A stretch of 64,000 nt of DNA from Acipenser ruthenus (lineage: Eukaryota): positions 10,036,261-10,100,260 of the forward strand of contig NC_081212.1 of NCBI RefSeq assembly GCF_902713425.1, given 5' to 3'. The position numbers were made by a program, and so were the translations under genes. Under the pieces are notes generated by a model. It was given only the letters and a program-made list of their open reading frames with translations, made no database searches and was not told where the DNA came from. Below are positions 12,967 through 26,439 of this stretch, in pieces. Positions within the stretch are counted from its first letter, which is position 1; the number at the start of each line of letters is the position of its first letter.

Positions 12967-14491
12967 GAGATGTTGTGTTTTTATTCTCAGTACTCCTGTA
13001 GTTCTCATTTGACATCAGGTCTGTGCTGACAAGCTCATGTCAGTGTCGCAGTATGATTCCTAACTCCACAGGGGGCACACAATGATAACATTAGAAATTA
13101 TTTTTTAGATGTGTCCCTGATCTAACAGGACAGGTCTGTGATTTATAATTAGAGCTTCTGATTTTCACAATTTTATACTCTCCTTTAAGAATTCAGTTGA
13201 CACCTGCAACTGAGAAACGTGTTAATAGTAGAATTGATTTAATTGACGTTTTTTTTTTTTTCTTTCTGTAAAACAACGAAAATTGGCTTTTTAATTGGCC
13301 AAGCCTTCATTTTTGATTTACAAGCAGAACATACAAATGAGATTGCAACGTTAATAAGCAACTCATCTTTATTAAAGCTATAATGAAAAAATAAAGTATT
13401 TTATACTGGAGGCACTTTCTTACAATAGTTATGCGTAATTATATTTACATTAATAAAATTAAGTCGCGTCTGCTTTTAAAAAGACAAAGATTTAAAAGCC
13501 CATTTTAGTTTCACAGAAAAAAAAAAAACATAAATGAAATCAGTTTGACTATTAACGCGTTCCTCAGTTGTGATTGAGATACACGAGTGGCTTAACAGAT
13601 ATCAATTGAATTCTTAAAGGAGAGCAGACAAGTCGGGGTAAAACACTGAAAATTATGTGCACTGGTTAACAAAGATACGGTATGCAAAACATTGGAAAAT
13701 GAACAAGCAGAAGTACGAATTTATATTTAAAAACAGAATTAGACCTACCATTGTTAATAACTTCTAAAATGTTTTTAAAAATGAATAAAAGTAATAAGTA
13801 TTATCAAAAATAATGTATTGATTAATCTCAAACTTGTACATTGTTAATACAACAAAACCAGTTAAAATACACCAAGAGGTTTGTATCTTAACGTAATAAC
13901 TTAATTAAAACAAATATGCATTACATGTAGGCCTACCTTAAATTACGTTTTCTATTATTATTATTTATTAATCCTGAGAGTCACTTTTATCACTTTCACT
14001 TATTAGCAGTTCATTACTGCTCAAGCTCCTCGTCATCTTCCTCAGCTTCAATGGCAATGGCAGAGACCCGGCGTTTATTTAAAATATTTGCCTGCAGACC
14101 CGGTGTGTATTGGAGACAGGCGATTATTTGAGACCCGGCAGTTATTTGAAGTTTTACGGTAATCAGATATGTGAATATAAGAGTACGATTATGTTGAAAA
14201 AGATATTTCAGAAAATGTACAGCAAAAGGCAACAAATAACAGTTTTAGGCGTAAAAAGATTCATATTGTCAGCCTTACAATTCATTTTGGAGATTCTGGC
14301 ACAGTTTGTATAAAAAATTACTTACAAATTTTCTTTGCAGGAGAAGACGTCCAGGAGATGCTGTCACATTTTAGAATGCTTTTCTCCTAAATCCATCAAT
14401 GTGCCCCAATCTTTTCATAGCAATAGCCTTAATGACATTTTGTTTGCTCCCTTCTTATAAATGTAAAACAATATATATTTCTTTTCAACAG

Positions 14492-15294
14492 CAGCAAAGT
14501 TTCCCAGGCCTTGAACCCGTTCCCCAAGTACCGGATGGTCTTCCAGTGCCGGTGATCACCTATCAAGCTGCCAGATGTCTAAAGATGCATTCCTCTCCTC
14601 CTCCTCCTCCTCCTCCTCCTCCTTCTGCTCTCTACTCCAGCAAGACTATTCCTGAAGGCTTTACGCATTCTGCTGTTACAGGAATAGAAAGAGCACAGAA
14701 CACAGTTTCAGCTCCTGTAGTTTTCAGCTCCTATAGTTCTATAGGAGGACCTGCCTTGAAAATGCCTGAACGCAGTGGCTATACTCAACCTTTCTCAGGC
14801 TTTGGCTCTGGACAGCAACTTCCTTCAAATTCCTCTTCAGAATTTTCCAAGGGTGCTTTTGGGGTTGGTAGCGGCAGTGTTTTTGGTAATACCTCTGCAG
14901 TTTCAGATCCTGCAAATGCAGCTTTTGCCAGCGCATCAGGCTTTACATTTGGCGAAAATAGCATCTTTAGTCAGCCAGCGAGTAATTTTGCATTCTCCAG
15001 TGGCAGGACCTTTGAACAGTCTCCCTGCATTGATTTAGGACTTGTAGAATTTGATAGCAGCAGTGATCTTTGTCTGGGAATCTCTAACAAGGCTGTTCCA
15101 GAAGAGTGCAGTTTAGCTAAAAGTAAAAGTAGAAGTAAAAAGTTATCATCGTTAACCTGCTTTAAGCATTTGGTCTGTGATGCTGAAAATACCTCATTGG
15201 CAAATGAGTCTTTATTACCTCCCAAATTTGCTCCAATCCTTGACACAGCTGAGATGAACCAGCTACAAACAAAACTTCGAAAAGGAAAAATGAG
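14492..15294 (+). CDS. Large exon-like ORF encoding a Pro9 run followed by an FG/SG-repeat low-complexity segment (SGFGSG, GAFGVGSGSVFG, SGFTFGENS, FAFSSG); nucleoporin-like composition
   Basis: Perfect acceptor ttcttttcaacag|CAG in frame with the 316-aa ORF 14399..15349; consensus GC donor ATGAG|gcaagt at 15295, or a terminal exon ending at TAA 15347-15349. Confidence 0.35.
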
Positions 15295-16320
15295 GCAAGT
15301 CATTTTTTCACTTGTACATTTTACTTTTTACCTGCAATATTTTGTTTAAATACCCAGTAAAATCAAATGTATTATTATTTTTTTTAAATAATTTGAGTCA
15401 CCATGTGGGATTAAGATGAAACCAGGTTCATAGAGGAAACCAAGAACACCCCATTTCCGGTCACTTAAATGCAACGTTGAACAATTTGTATTGATTAATT
15501 TGATCAAACTTTTGTTCTGATTGTTCTACATTCTGTGTAAAATGGAATCTTTCCATACACTTCCCAATGACTCAAACAGTAGTAACCCGTCGGCCCCAGG
15601 TGCAATCACCCAGTGAACTTGATTTGTATTTAATTCCACATGTATATTCTTCCATCCTCAACAAAGGCGCTCAATAGCAGTGGACTTTAAACAGCGTATT
15701 TTGCGAGTATTACCTTTAAGAAGGATTTGTCGGCAGGTATTAAATAAATCAAAACACACCTATTTACTAATGTGATGATTCCAAAACATTAGAAGCTGTC
15801 CTCCAGTCACCTTTACAGTGAGGGACATTCAATGGCAATTAACTTCTGCATTTAGTTCATGAACTGAAGCCTGAAGTTTGACCGTCCCACTTAAAGGGGG
15901 GGGGTTTGGGGGGGGATTCTAACACCCATTTATAGATGACTCTTATGTATACTTCATGTTCTTCTATGATAGCTTTGCAACAGTGGCAGCTTTCTGGTGA
16001 AATATCATGACATATAGGGACACTGAGTTTTGACAATGCGACAGTATTGACCATTATTTTTTTACTGCTACATGTTGTTAAAAGTATCATTGGGCCAGTT
16101 GCCATGGTCGCTTTTTTGGTCATAACTTTCGGGTAGTGTGGGTTTCCATGTAGTTTTCTTTAAGCCAGGAAATGCCGTTCTAGATGGAAATTGGTCTGTA
16201 ATTTATGGCAGTTATGCAGGGTGCACAAGACAATCAGTTGAGTTTTTAAATGCCAAAAAGTGTTTTATTAGAGCCCTCCTAGTGGAATAACAAATCAAAA
16301 CAATAAAACAAAAAATCAAG

Positions 16321-16372
16321 AAAAAAAAATCAATATTCAATGCAAAGCAAAAAAAAAAAAAAAAAAAAAAAC
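16321..16372. repeat. A-rich tract ((A)9 ... (A)22)
   Basis: Direct reading. Confidence 0.8.
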
Positions 16373-16656
16373 TTAGACAAAAATACCAGGCTGTTTCACA
16401 CAGATCTCCCAAAACAGAGCACTCACAAAATCTATAGTCAGAGCGCACCTCACTCTCTATTTCTCTTCCCAAATGTACCAAAACCCAATTTAATATAAAT
16501 TGTCATTTAATTACATTTACATAGCACCCTATTGGCCTTAACATATAAAATGCTCAAACACATACATTTGTGTTAATCCACATGTAAATTCACAATGCAA
16601 GTATAAATCAACAAACAAATCAAACCACAATAAAGCCTGGTTCCCCACATTAGGCG

Positions 16657-16915
16657 CCCCCGGCTATAACAGCACATGACACCAGCATGCGCACCTCCCA
16701 ACATGGTCCCACCGGCTCGCAGATTCACCACAGTGAGAAAGGCAATCCCCGGCTATAACAGCACATGACACCAGCATGCGCACCTCTCAACATGGTCCCA
16801 CCGGCTCGCAGATTCACCACAGTGAGAAAGGCAATCCCCGGCTATAACAGCACATGACACCAGCATGCGCATCTCCCAACATGGTCCCACCAGCTCGCAG
16901 ATTCGCCACAGTGGT
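16657..16915. repeat. Tandem repeat, ~90-bp unit x2.9 (ccccggctataacagcacatgacaccagcatgcgcacctcccaacatggtcccaccggctcgcagattcaccacagtgagaaaggcaat)
   Basis: Unit starts at 16657, 16747 and 16836. Confidence 0.9.
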
Positions 16916-17289
16916 TACAAGAATTTAATTGTGTTACACAGTGAGTGGTTACAAGAATTTTTGAAATGGCTTAGCAAACAATTTCAGAGTGCTTTAACCA
17001 ACACGCCGACAACATCTTCATCCCATTGTAAGGAATATGTGCATCTATTTCTTACAATATACACACATAGTTACCGCGGCTCAAAACTCCTAACTAAACT
17101 TCTTTCTTTACAGGCGCAAAGTATCGGCAGGACAGCGATCAGAAACCTTCCCCATCAGGTAAGTTTACTGCTTGTAAAAATCCTTGATATTTCTACCCTG
17201 AAAGGTTTTATACTGCCTTAGCAGAGATGCCAACTGCTACGATTTGGCCGTAGCAGCTACCATGTACTCCTGCTTTCTCATTTCGACAG

Positions 17290-18170
17290 ACGTTAACCCT
17301 TTTTGAATAGACCTCATGGAGAGGAATCTCTTCATGAATTAGCAAATATCCATCCTAATATTTTGGTAGGTCTAAGGTGGACAAAATCAGAAATTTAATT
17401 CTTAGATACATTGGTTAAACTTCATCAAGGATGTATTAAAACAGATTTTTACTCAAAACCTACTGATATGCATCAGTACCTACATATATCATCTTCACAT
17501 CCTATCCATACAAAAAGAACCATTCCTAAAGAACTGGGTATAAGGATAAAAAGAATCTGTTCTGATGAATATGACTATAAAAACAGAGAAAGGAATTAAA
17601 TAAATCTTAGCAGATATAAAGAACAGGTAATTGAGAGAATTGAGAAAAGTTGACAAACTCAATAGAAATGAACTACTTGAGTATAATAAAAGGAGAAAAG
17701 GTTAAAAGAGCACCATTAATAATTACATATTCAAAATTATTACCTGACATTTCAGATGTCAGGTAATTCAGATGTGGAAGCATTTATGTATACTTCATAA
17801 TTCAGAGACAATGGAAGAAATATTTCCGAAAGCGCAGATTGTGTTTTTATAAGGGATGCAAATTTAGCTGACATTTTGGTACATAGTAGAATTATACGGA
17901 TCATAGACACATTACAGGACATTCAAACCTGTAAGAGCACATGTATGGTATTCAAGTATATTTGTAAAGATGAAATTGAAATCACAAATAGAGAAAAAAA
18001 GTACTCTGGCTTAAAAAATCCCTCATGCAAAACTAGCAACCTTGTTTATGGTATATTTTGCCAAAAATGTAATAAAATTAAATATGTAGGAGAGACAGGT
18101 AGAACATTATACAAACGCAGACAGAATCACCTATCAAACATAGGAAATACAAAAGTAAATTAAAGTAAGT
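17290..18170 (+). mobile_element. Penelope-like element (PLE) 3' fragment: linker with DFYSKPTDMHQYLHISSSHP...RICS motif plus GIY-YIG endonuclease (LVYGIFCQKCNKIKYVGETGRTLYKRRQNH)
   Basis: GIY...YIG...R..H motif downstream of an RT-type linker; only PLEs combine RT with GIY-YIG. Confidence 0.5.
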
Positions 18171-19899
18171 AGTTCAGCACTTTACAAAGAACAAGCAGAA
18201 TAGGAATGACTTAATTCGTAGTTTTAGAAAAAAATAGACAATGTATAATCTAGAAAGAAAGTAAATTGATAAGGTTTAAATAGAAAGGAATAGTAGATCA
18301 TTACATCATCACCTACAGTATGTGGTGAATGACATCACAATAACAGTAATAGATTTAAATAGAATTAAATGTGTGGTTGCCATGACATCCAAAGCCTGTA
18401 AGTACCTCCACTGTTTGTTTTCAAACACTTTCCCTTGCCAAAGGTATGTAGACATACCAAAATGTTGGGAAGTTGGCTCTTTTGAGCAAAAACTTTTCCC
18501 AATATGTTTTTGTTGCTAATCCACTCTCCATTTTTGTAACTTTCTTGACCTCATTCCGTAAATCCTGCAGTGATGTGAAGCCCCATATTTGTCGTTCTGA
18601 AACAAATTTGCGGAACCAACATTTAATTTTTTCATGATTTTGGTTCTTTTGAAACACATTTCGCTCTATGAATTAGGTTAAAGAGATTTGATTTCAACTA
18701 TGTTGGTTGCTGAAGCAGCAATACAAACCACTGGAACTTAATACATTTTGGAATACAAACGTAATTTTGCTATCAGTTATTGGATGACCAAACAACAAGA
18801 TAGCAAAAGTGTAAAGGATGAAAAAAAAAAATAACTTGTGCTTTGCAAAGGGCTTTGTTATTACAAAGCTATGATTATCGTTTTTCCTTTTATCCGACCT
18901 GAGACAGAGAGAGAGACTACGAACATTAATAGTGTGATTAACAGTATTAATGCGATTTATTGTTACGTGATATTAGTAATTGCTATTTACATGTATTGTG
19001 CACAAAGCCGTGGTTTTCGTTGTTCCCGCAGCGGCTTTGTTCCTCTCGTGAAAGCCGGGAGCAGTCGGGCTGCTTTATTTGTTTGATATTGCAATTCCAT
19101 ATCAGCCGAGCCTGTCTTTCCTCCTCAAAAAGTCTCAGCAGAGCTCCAAACTAGTCAGTTCACACACCACCCCTATTGCATTGCAAGCTTCACTCGCCTC
19201 CGATTTCAGCAACTACAACCCCTCAGTTTTCAATTTCATCTGATCCTTCCTCTGATTTGTGTTATCAGATTTTTAACGATGTCAAGCAGCTCAGTCATCC
19301 TCTTTCCACCACGATTTCTACAGTATCTGATGGCCTTGATGCGCTAGATAGCAGGATCACTCGTTTGGAACCTGCAGCCATTACATCCTCATCAGTGGCA
19401 ACAGCAACAGCATTCGTCTGTCCCGCTGCTTCAGCCATGGCCACACCTACTCTCGAGTCGCCAGTCTTCACTCTAACGACCGCCTCTGGTTCATTTGTTT
19501 ATCGCCACGCTCAACTGAGGTGCAATATTATTGAATGTAAAGACGTTAATTTGGTCTCTAATTGCAACCCCAGAATTTCTTGCTCACAGGGTAGTTGACT
19601 GTGGAGATTTGTCTGTTACTCTAAAATCTTGGGATCCTCAGCGGTGTAAAAAACTCACTCTTGGAGAATTTGTGTTTGCATTTTCTGTTTTTCATGATGT
19701 CCTTTGTGAAGTTTATGCTCACCGACGACAAGAACTGAACTAATTTGTTTAACAGTGTTGATCTCTCGGTCAGATATGGCGGTACCATTTTTTTATGAGT
19801 AACAAAGCTTTTTCAGCCAAAGCAGCTTCTTGGTTAGCATTGGACAATACACAGATTAACTGGTCTCAAACCTGACCCTGATCCGGATCTCTATAATAG

Positions 19900-20700
19900 A
19901 TTCTTCAGTGATCTCCGTGCTTCCACCACCCATTCTACCTCTCTGTGTCCTCATTCTTCAGCTCCGCCTGCTTTTTCAATAAGCAAAGATTCTCATGGAA
20001 AACACATCAAATAAGTGCAAATGCTCATTCACATTCCATCTGCACTTTCATCCAAAATGACATTCACTTTCTCCTTATATCTCTTCCATCAGCTCCTCCA
20101 GCTGAAGCACTCTTAGAACTCAGGCCCCCCTCTCAGAGGAGAAAACCATCAGTCCAGTTCACTGTCGAGTTCTTAGGAATAACTTTGGATACTCTTTGAT
20201 TTGAAGCCTGACTGCCTCCCGATTAAACACATTCACTCTCTCATTCAATCCTTTCAGATCAACTATTCCATTTCTAAACTGAACCTTCTTTCACTCCTGG
20301 GACATTTCAATTTTGCAATTTGCATCATTCCTCAAGCTGAAGCCCGGAAACACATTAGGATGTGGTCCTTTCTCTACAGCAGTGGAATGGCCTTTCTCTG
20401 TTTTTTTATGATTACTTCATTTCTGCCCCCCACAACCTCTCACTCCATACGGATGCTGCTTCTATTTGTTTTGGTGGAATTTTTCTTAAATCAATAGTTC
20501 TCAGATGTCTGGCCTCCAGAAATCAAAAATCTTTCTCCTCTGCTTAAATCCCCTTCCCCTTGGGGGAAGTTCCTTTCTTCCTGGCCTTGGAGGTTGTCAA
20601 GGGGAAACCCCTATTCTGTTACTACAGTTTTATAATGCGATGCATTGTACTGTGATATTTTGTAACAACTGTAAGTCGTCCTGTATAAGGGCATCTGCTA
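19900..20700 (+). mobile_element. Degenerate retroelement pol remnant (RT domain 7-like FLGITLDT...LP, RNase H start LHTDAASICFGG)
   Basis: Motif-level reading only; many stops. Confidence 0.25.
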
Positions 20701-21921
20701 AGAAATAAATAATAATAAGTCACAAGCACTTGGTCTTTATTCTAGTAGTCCCTTTATGCAGGCCTGGCTCCTGCCCCATGAGGTAATGGTTACATTTCTA
20801 TTTCAGGGAACCAGGGTTATGATAAATGGGATTTCATTGCTGAAGTCTCGAAGCTTTCAGACTCCTGTTTCCATGCTTTTTAGTGTGAGAAGGCAATTTA
20901 CTTAGTTGTGCGTTTTGGCCACACACTTCCTATAGTGTGAGGTATACGCGTGCTACGTCACAACTCATGACTGTGAAGAGCTTTTAAACTGCATGGAAAA
21001 CTGGGCCATTGACACACATCGCTGCATTAAGTACAGTGGACATTGGAATATGCTTAGAATGTTGGAATGTTAGGGAGCAAAGTGGAATATGACATCAAAC
21101 TCTGAAAGGCATTCTAACGGATACACCTACTCATTTAGAGGTTTTCCTGGAGTGGTAGAAAGAAGATGATGATATAGGTGTCATTTGCCCCCCCATACCA
21201 TAAACTGATAATGAAAATCCAGTTGCTGGGAATGTGTACTGTGTAACAGAAGTGTAAATGTGAATTGGTTCCAGATGTTCAGAAACGAGGGAAGATCTTG
21301 ATACCCCTTCAAGGAGCAGAGCCTCCTTGCTACCCTGGACACAGCTGTTTGACCTCCAGCATCAGGTAATGAGTTCTCTCAAACACTTTACTCTTCTAGT
21401 TTGTAAAGCTACCTCGTTATGTGAGCATACATCTGACCCGGTTAAGATTAGTGATTTTTGTTGAGAGGAATGATTGTACTCTCCACCATTGTAATACATA
21501 GGAGCTTAACTGAGGTATTTCTTTCTTTAAGAAATGAGTAATTGTTAACATTATTTAAACATTTAGAAGTTACCAATTCATGTGTATGTCTGGACATCAT
21601 TTCATTTATTATTTTATGTTAAACCAGCTGTTTCTTTTGTATTGTACTGAATAATATTAAACCCTGTTTCCTGTTCCTTAAGCCCCAAAGTGAAATATTA
21701 AATGCAGGTACAATAAAAATCTGCCTGCACCTTATCTCCCTGCTTTGTGACATGAAAACATATTAAATATAAAATACACAGCAAGTGCCCTGGCGACAGG
21801 GATATAGTGTCATTTCCTCTTCTAGTACACAACTAAACTGTAATATATTATCTAACTATGGATAATAAATATATTCTGTGCCACTCTACAGCAAGTTTTA
21901 TAGTCTTCCCTTGTTGTGCAG

Positions 21922-22024
21922 GATGGCTACTGGCAGTTCAGTCCAGAGTTAGGCTCTCTACTACACATGGATGTGGATTATTTTGCGAATGTCTTCCTCA
22001 AGGAAAAAGGGATCCTGTCTTTAG
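21922..22024 (+). CDS. Host-gene exon, DGYWQFSPELGSLLHMDVDYFANVFLKEKGILSL
   Basis: Acceptor cccttgttgtgcag|G; donor TTTAG|gtaaag; ends in phase 1, matching the start of the next exon. Confidence 0.45.
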
Positions 22025-22429
22025 GTAAAGTTTTAATTCTGTACTGTGCAAAAGCTTTAGTCCAACTGTGTTTACTATGCATATCCCTGTTAATAGGGAG
22101 AGGCAACAGCAAGTATGTGGAAGTATGCTTATCTGTGTGGTAAAGCTTGGGTTAGAACATTCTTTAGCGCTCGCTATTGAGAGTCTTCGAATCTGAGGTT
22201 ATGAGGAGGTGGTTATGATAGCTCTATGCAATTTCAGCTGGAGAGGGTGTGTGTTACTAACATACTTTTATGTATGCTGTGAATACATTTTGTTTGTGGC
22301 AGCAATTGTAAAGAATATAGGCTATAGGGCAATGCAAAGAGGTATTCAATATTTTACTATTCAGGAAATTATATATAATTTAGACTTTAGAACATCTTTT
22401 AATAAATTCTCTTAGCAACAATACCAACA

Positions 22430-24790
22430 TGTATTACAATGTACGTCACCTTATTCATGAACTGAATGTTTATATTTATGATTTTATGAAGATTACCAAA
22501 AGTAAGAAATGGTCTGCACTGGAAAATGTAAAGCAGCATACACATTCTAACTCTGATCAGAACATCACAAAAGAAAGTACCAGTGCTGAACAATCAATTT
22601 TGTTCAAGGGACTAAGATTTGTACCAACAAAAAAGTAGCTGATGAATTCACAACCATCAATGATATGCAACATTCCCCCCCCCCCCCCCCCCCCCGTCTG
22701 TGTCTACATGCCCACTTCACAGAAACTGATCCTAATAACTCAACACTACTCCCCTTACTAGTTCCATGCATACCGATATTTTTCATCGATACAAATCAAA
22801 CTAAACGATCTAGGCCATCCAATCGTATCAGTCTGTTCCTGTCCCACAGAACTGATCTCCAAATTCCTTGTTGAATCACTGCCCGCCTATGTTAAAGACT
22901 CTACACATTTTCTTAAACAATTGGATAATTTCAAACAGCACCCTTGTGATAATATTATTCTTTTTACAATGGACATTAAAAGCCTCTACACTGTTATACC
23001 AAACAATGAAGGGTTAATTGCAATGAAACACTTTCTTGATGAATGGATAGTGAAAGAACCTCCAACAGATATCCTTCTGAGACTGGCTGAACTTGTGCTC
23101 ACATTTGAATTGTTTTTCCTTTGATGGTAATTTTTACACTGAAGTGTAAGCATGGGAACTAAAATGGGACCATCTTATGCTTGTCTTTTTGTGGGAACAG
23201 TTGAAAACAAATTTTTACAGCAATACAATGGAAACACACCTAAACTATATCTGAAGTACATTGACGACATCTTTGGAATTTTCACCAACTCCAGTGAGGA
23301 TTTAAAACAGTACATTCAGTCGGAAATTAGTGTGTTTTTTGGAAATTGTGGCTTTCCGGACAAGATCATCACTAAAGCTATATCCCGCATTGCAAATATA
23401 AATAGAAAAAATGCTTTATATAATAACAATATCCAACACACAGATGATAGAATCCCTCTGGTCCTCGCTTACCACCCGACCAACAGAAAGATACAGACAA
23501 TTGTGCAAAGAGACTTTACAACAAGACCCATCTACAGCGCCTCTTTAAGACTCCCCCCTTGATGTCATATAGAAGAGACAAGAATATAAGAGAATATGTG
23601 GTACACAGTGCTATTCGTCCTTCTGGGGAACCTTTGAAAGGCACATATCCATGTAATAGATCACGATGTAATACCTGTAAATACATTCATTCTGAAACGG
23701 ATTAGAGGCATTACATCTTCATTCAACATTTATGAACATTTTACATGTACCTCTAAAGTAGTGGTTCTTAACCTTTACTGCAGCCTGCACCCCTTTGGTT
23801 CTCAAAATATGTTCGCGCACCCCTTATCAAAAATCGTTGAAGTACGTCTGTTCTTTAAACTTAAGATACATCATAACTATAGAATGAAAGAGATAGACAT
23901 ATTTATTTTAATTTCACAGTAAAATTAAGAATATATGAAAAATTACACACTTTTTTTTTACCGCTCAGTGACTCTTCTGCTGTTGGGGGGCCTATACACT
24001 TTTAAATGCATATTAAATGTATGTAAAATAGTTGTGTTATTACTCACCACAAATAATAGTACAGTAGGCACACAGAAATACACAAGTACTACCCAGAGAT
24101 GTTGCAGAGTTTTGCTGTGGAAGTAAACTGTAACCGACACGCTAACAGTTAGCAGCTAACTGAATTCAATCAAAGCCGCGGCGCTGCCACATCTGCATAT
24201 GCGTCACGAAATGCAACGTGGCTGTACACTATTTTGTAGCAAGATAATTTCACTACAATTAGCTTAAACTTGAAAAATGTATTGTTTGTATATTACAGTA
24301 ATTGTTAAATGTATAATATTAATAAATACAAAGGTTTGATGAAACAAAGTAGTTGTACTTGCGTGCCTGTGCTTAATTTGTGTTCGATGATTTACCCTCT
24401 AAAAAAATCTGGCATGTCTCGCACCCCGAGAAAGGGCATCTCGCATCCCCAGGGGGTGCGTGCACCCCAGGTTAAGAACCACTGCTCTAAAAGGAATAGT
24501 ATACTGCATTATCTGCAAGAAATGCAACAAATTATATATTGGGGAAAACTAAAAGAAGTTTAGCAGACCGGTTTGTAGAGCACTTAAGAAGCATTCACAT
24601 TAACACCACTGCATATCCAGTAGCCCATCACTTCAACAGTGATGATCACACTGCTGAAGACATCACAGTCTGTGTGATCAATCAGTGCTATGGAACAAAT
24701 GTTGCTCGGAAACAAAAGGAACGAGAGTTTATCTTCAAACTGGGAACTTTGGAACCCCTGGGAATGAACATTCTATTCCTATAATCAAGA
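22430..24790 (+). mobile_element. Penelope-like element: N-terminal LFKGLRFVPT region, RT (FTMDIKSLYTVIP; GPSYACLFVG; YIDDIFGIF), CX2C linker, GIY-YIG endonuclease (GIVYCIICKKCNKLYIGETKRSLADRFVEHLRSIH...HHFNS). Frameshifted, with a (C)23 tract at 22676-22700
   Basis: RT motifs A-C followed by GIY-YIG on the same strand; interrupted by a MITE. Confidence 0.6.
23759..24484. mobile_element. hAT-type MITE (726 bp) with 15-bp TIRs TAGTGGTTCTTAACC / GGTTAAGAACCACTG and an 8-bp TSD CTCTAAAG/CTCTAAAA, inserted inside the PLE endonuclease region
   Basis: The PLE reading frame (FTCTSK|...|GIVYCIICKK) is restored once the element plus one TSD copy is removed. Confidence 0.65.
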
Positions 24791-26293
24791 CCCCATCCAC
24801 AGAATTTTTGTATAATTACAAATCTTGAATAACAAGTTTCCTGCACTGTGTTTACTTTTCTTTTTAAACAGCTGAGGAAGGGCTTAAATATATTTATAAC
24901 ACGGATTGGAAAAATAACCACCTTTGATTGGTTAAACAGCATCACATGGCCGTGCGTATGTAGCGCGTATATAGCACGGCTTGCATACTAATGAGCCGCT
25001 TCACACTGAATAAATCACTACACATTCTAAATTCCATGACAAACTGCCATTTTATTTGTTTATTAGTTACAAAACCACAGCCAAAAATGAGTGGCATTTT
25101 ACCTATTTCCTTTAATATATTTGGGGATGAAACTCCAGAGAACTGGTACAACACCAGCTTTGAGTGAGGACAGCAGACCACCTGAAAAAAATAAATAAAA
25201 TAAGTGCACCAGCAAGTGTAGACACAGAACAGTAGATGAGGACCAGCTAAATGAAATAGAAGAAAACAAAGATTGAAAAAAAAAAAACCCACAGCATGGG
25301 CTGGTTAATGTACTTAAAGAAAAAAAAAATATGGACATTCATTTTATGGAACTAAGGCCAAAAAATCAACAACATGAAGGGAATTTTATGCCAGTACAAG
25401 AAGTTCAGCTGGGGACCAGTATTCAGTCACCAGTTTTATAACGCTGAGCTGGACTAAATACATATTTTTAACAGTATAAGTTTTAACATCTCTGCTGACA
25501 GCGAGTTTAAAACCAGCAATAATCTATTCCTGTCAGTCATGAAAACGCTTAGAAAGGCAGGTAAAGACAAGGCCAGACACCACCCCCGGAATTACCAGCC
25601 TGGATTTGAAGTGTCTGCAAGAAACTGAGGTACTGTCCCCTGACACCGCGGTCGGATTGGTGCGTAAAGTCTGGTTCGATCGTCAGCTTAATCTGGCACG
25701 ACTTGGACGCGAGGGTGTCCGACAACTAACACAAACCTATTTTGAGATCCAAAAGGATGAAAATGTACTAGAATATGTGTGTCTCACATATGAGTTCACA
25801 AACTCGCTTTAAGATCCGGCTTCAGTCTCCATCGCAGCTGCTCCCTTTACTTCCTTAGTGTCATTTGAAACTGTGCCCATCAACACAGCTCATGCTCAGT
25901 TTCAAGTGAGATGGCACTTTCAATGCAGTAATTCACAACAAACAAACACCATTTATTTTTAATAAGCGAACAATTCATTAAATTAAATTTGGGACTATAT
26001 TATACTGCGGATGTATACACAATAAAAGTTTCTGGTTTTGTCTTGATTTAAATGTGTTTTAATTATTTTTCTTCCCCTAAATGACAGGTAGCCGTGTTAT
26101 AAGCGGTATAAACCACTTCGGGCCGTGTGGTTCCGATGATATATACCACTTTTGGCGTGGTTATCACCACCCCAGGCGTGGTATACATCATGGGAACTGC
26201 ACGGCCCGTCGTGGTTTATACCTTATATATATATATATAATATCAAATTTCATGTAAAACCTGTATAAACATACTTCAAATGTCTTTTTATAG

Positions 26294-26426
26294 GTGTCAA
26301 ATCAAGCGAAGAAATATTAAGGCTTGTTGCAACGATGTTAGTACTGCAGCTAATACGATATATGGAGCAACTGGAAGGACTTATTTTCAAGTCTCTCTTT
26401 CAACTAGATGACACGGTACATCAGAG
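26294..26426 (+). CDS. Host-gene exon, (G)VKSSEEILRLVATMLVLQLIRYMEQLEGLIFKSLFQLDDTVHQ
   Basis: Acceptor tgtctttttatag|GT; donor CAGAG|gtatgt; phase-compatible with the exons at 21922 and 31227. Caveat: lies immediately upstream of a hAT remnant. Confidence 0.35.
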
Positions 26427-26439
26427 GTATGTTTACTCA

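Noticed and set aside
14739-15303. Minus- and plus-strand ORFs overlapping the FG-repeat ORF
   Set aside because: They are alternative-frame or antisense readings of the same low-complexity region.
12841-16915. Possible CRISPR-like arrays (42-bp x3 at 12841-12966 and 90-bp x2.9 at 16657-16915)
   Set aside because: Both are plain tandem repeats without unique spacers, and the context is eukaryotic; they are minisatellites.
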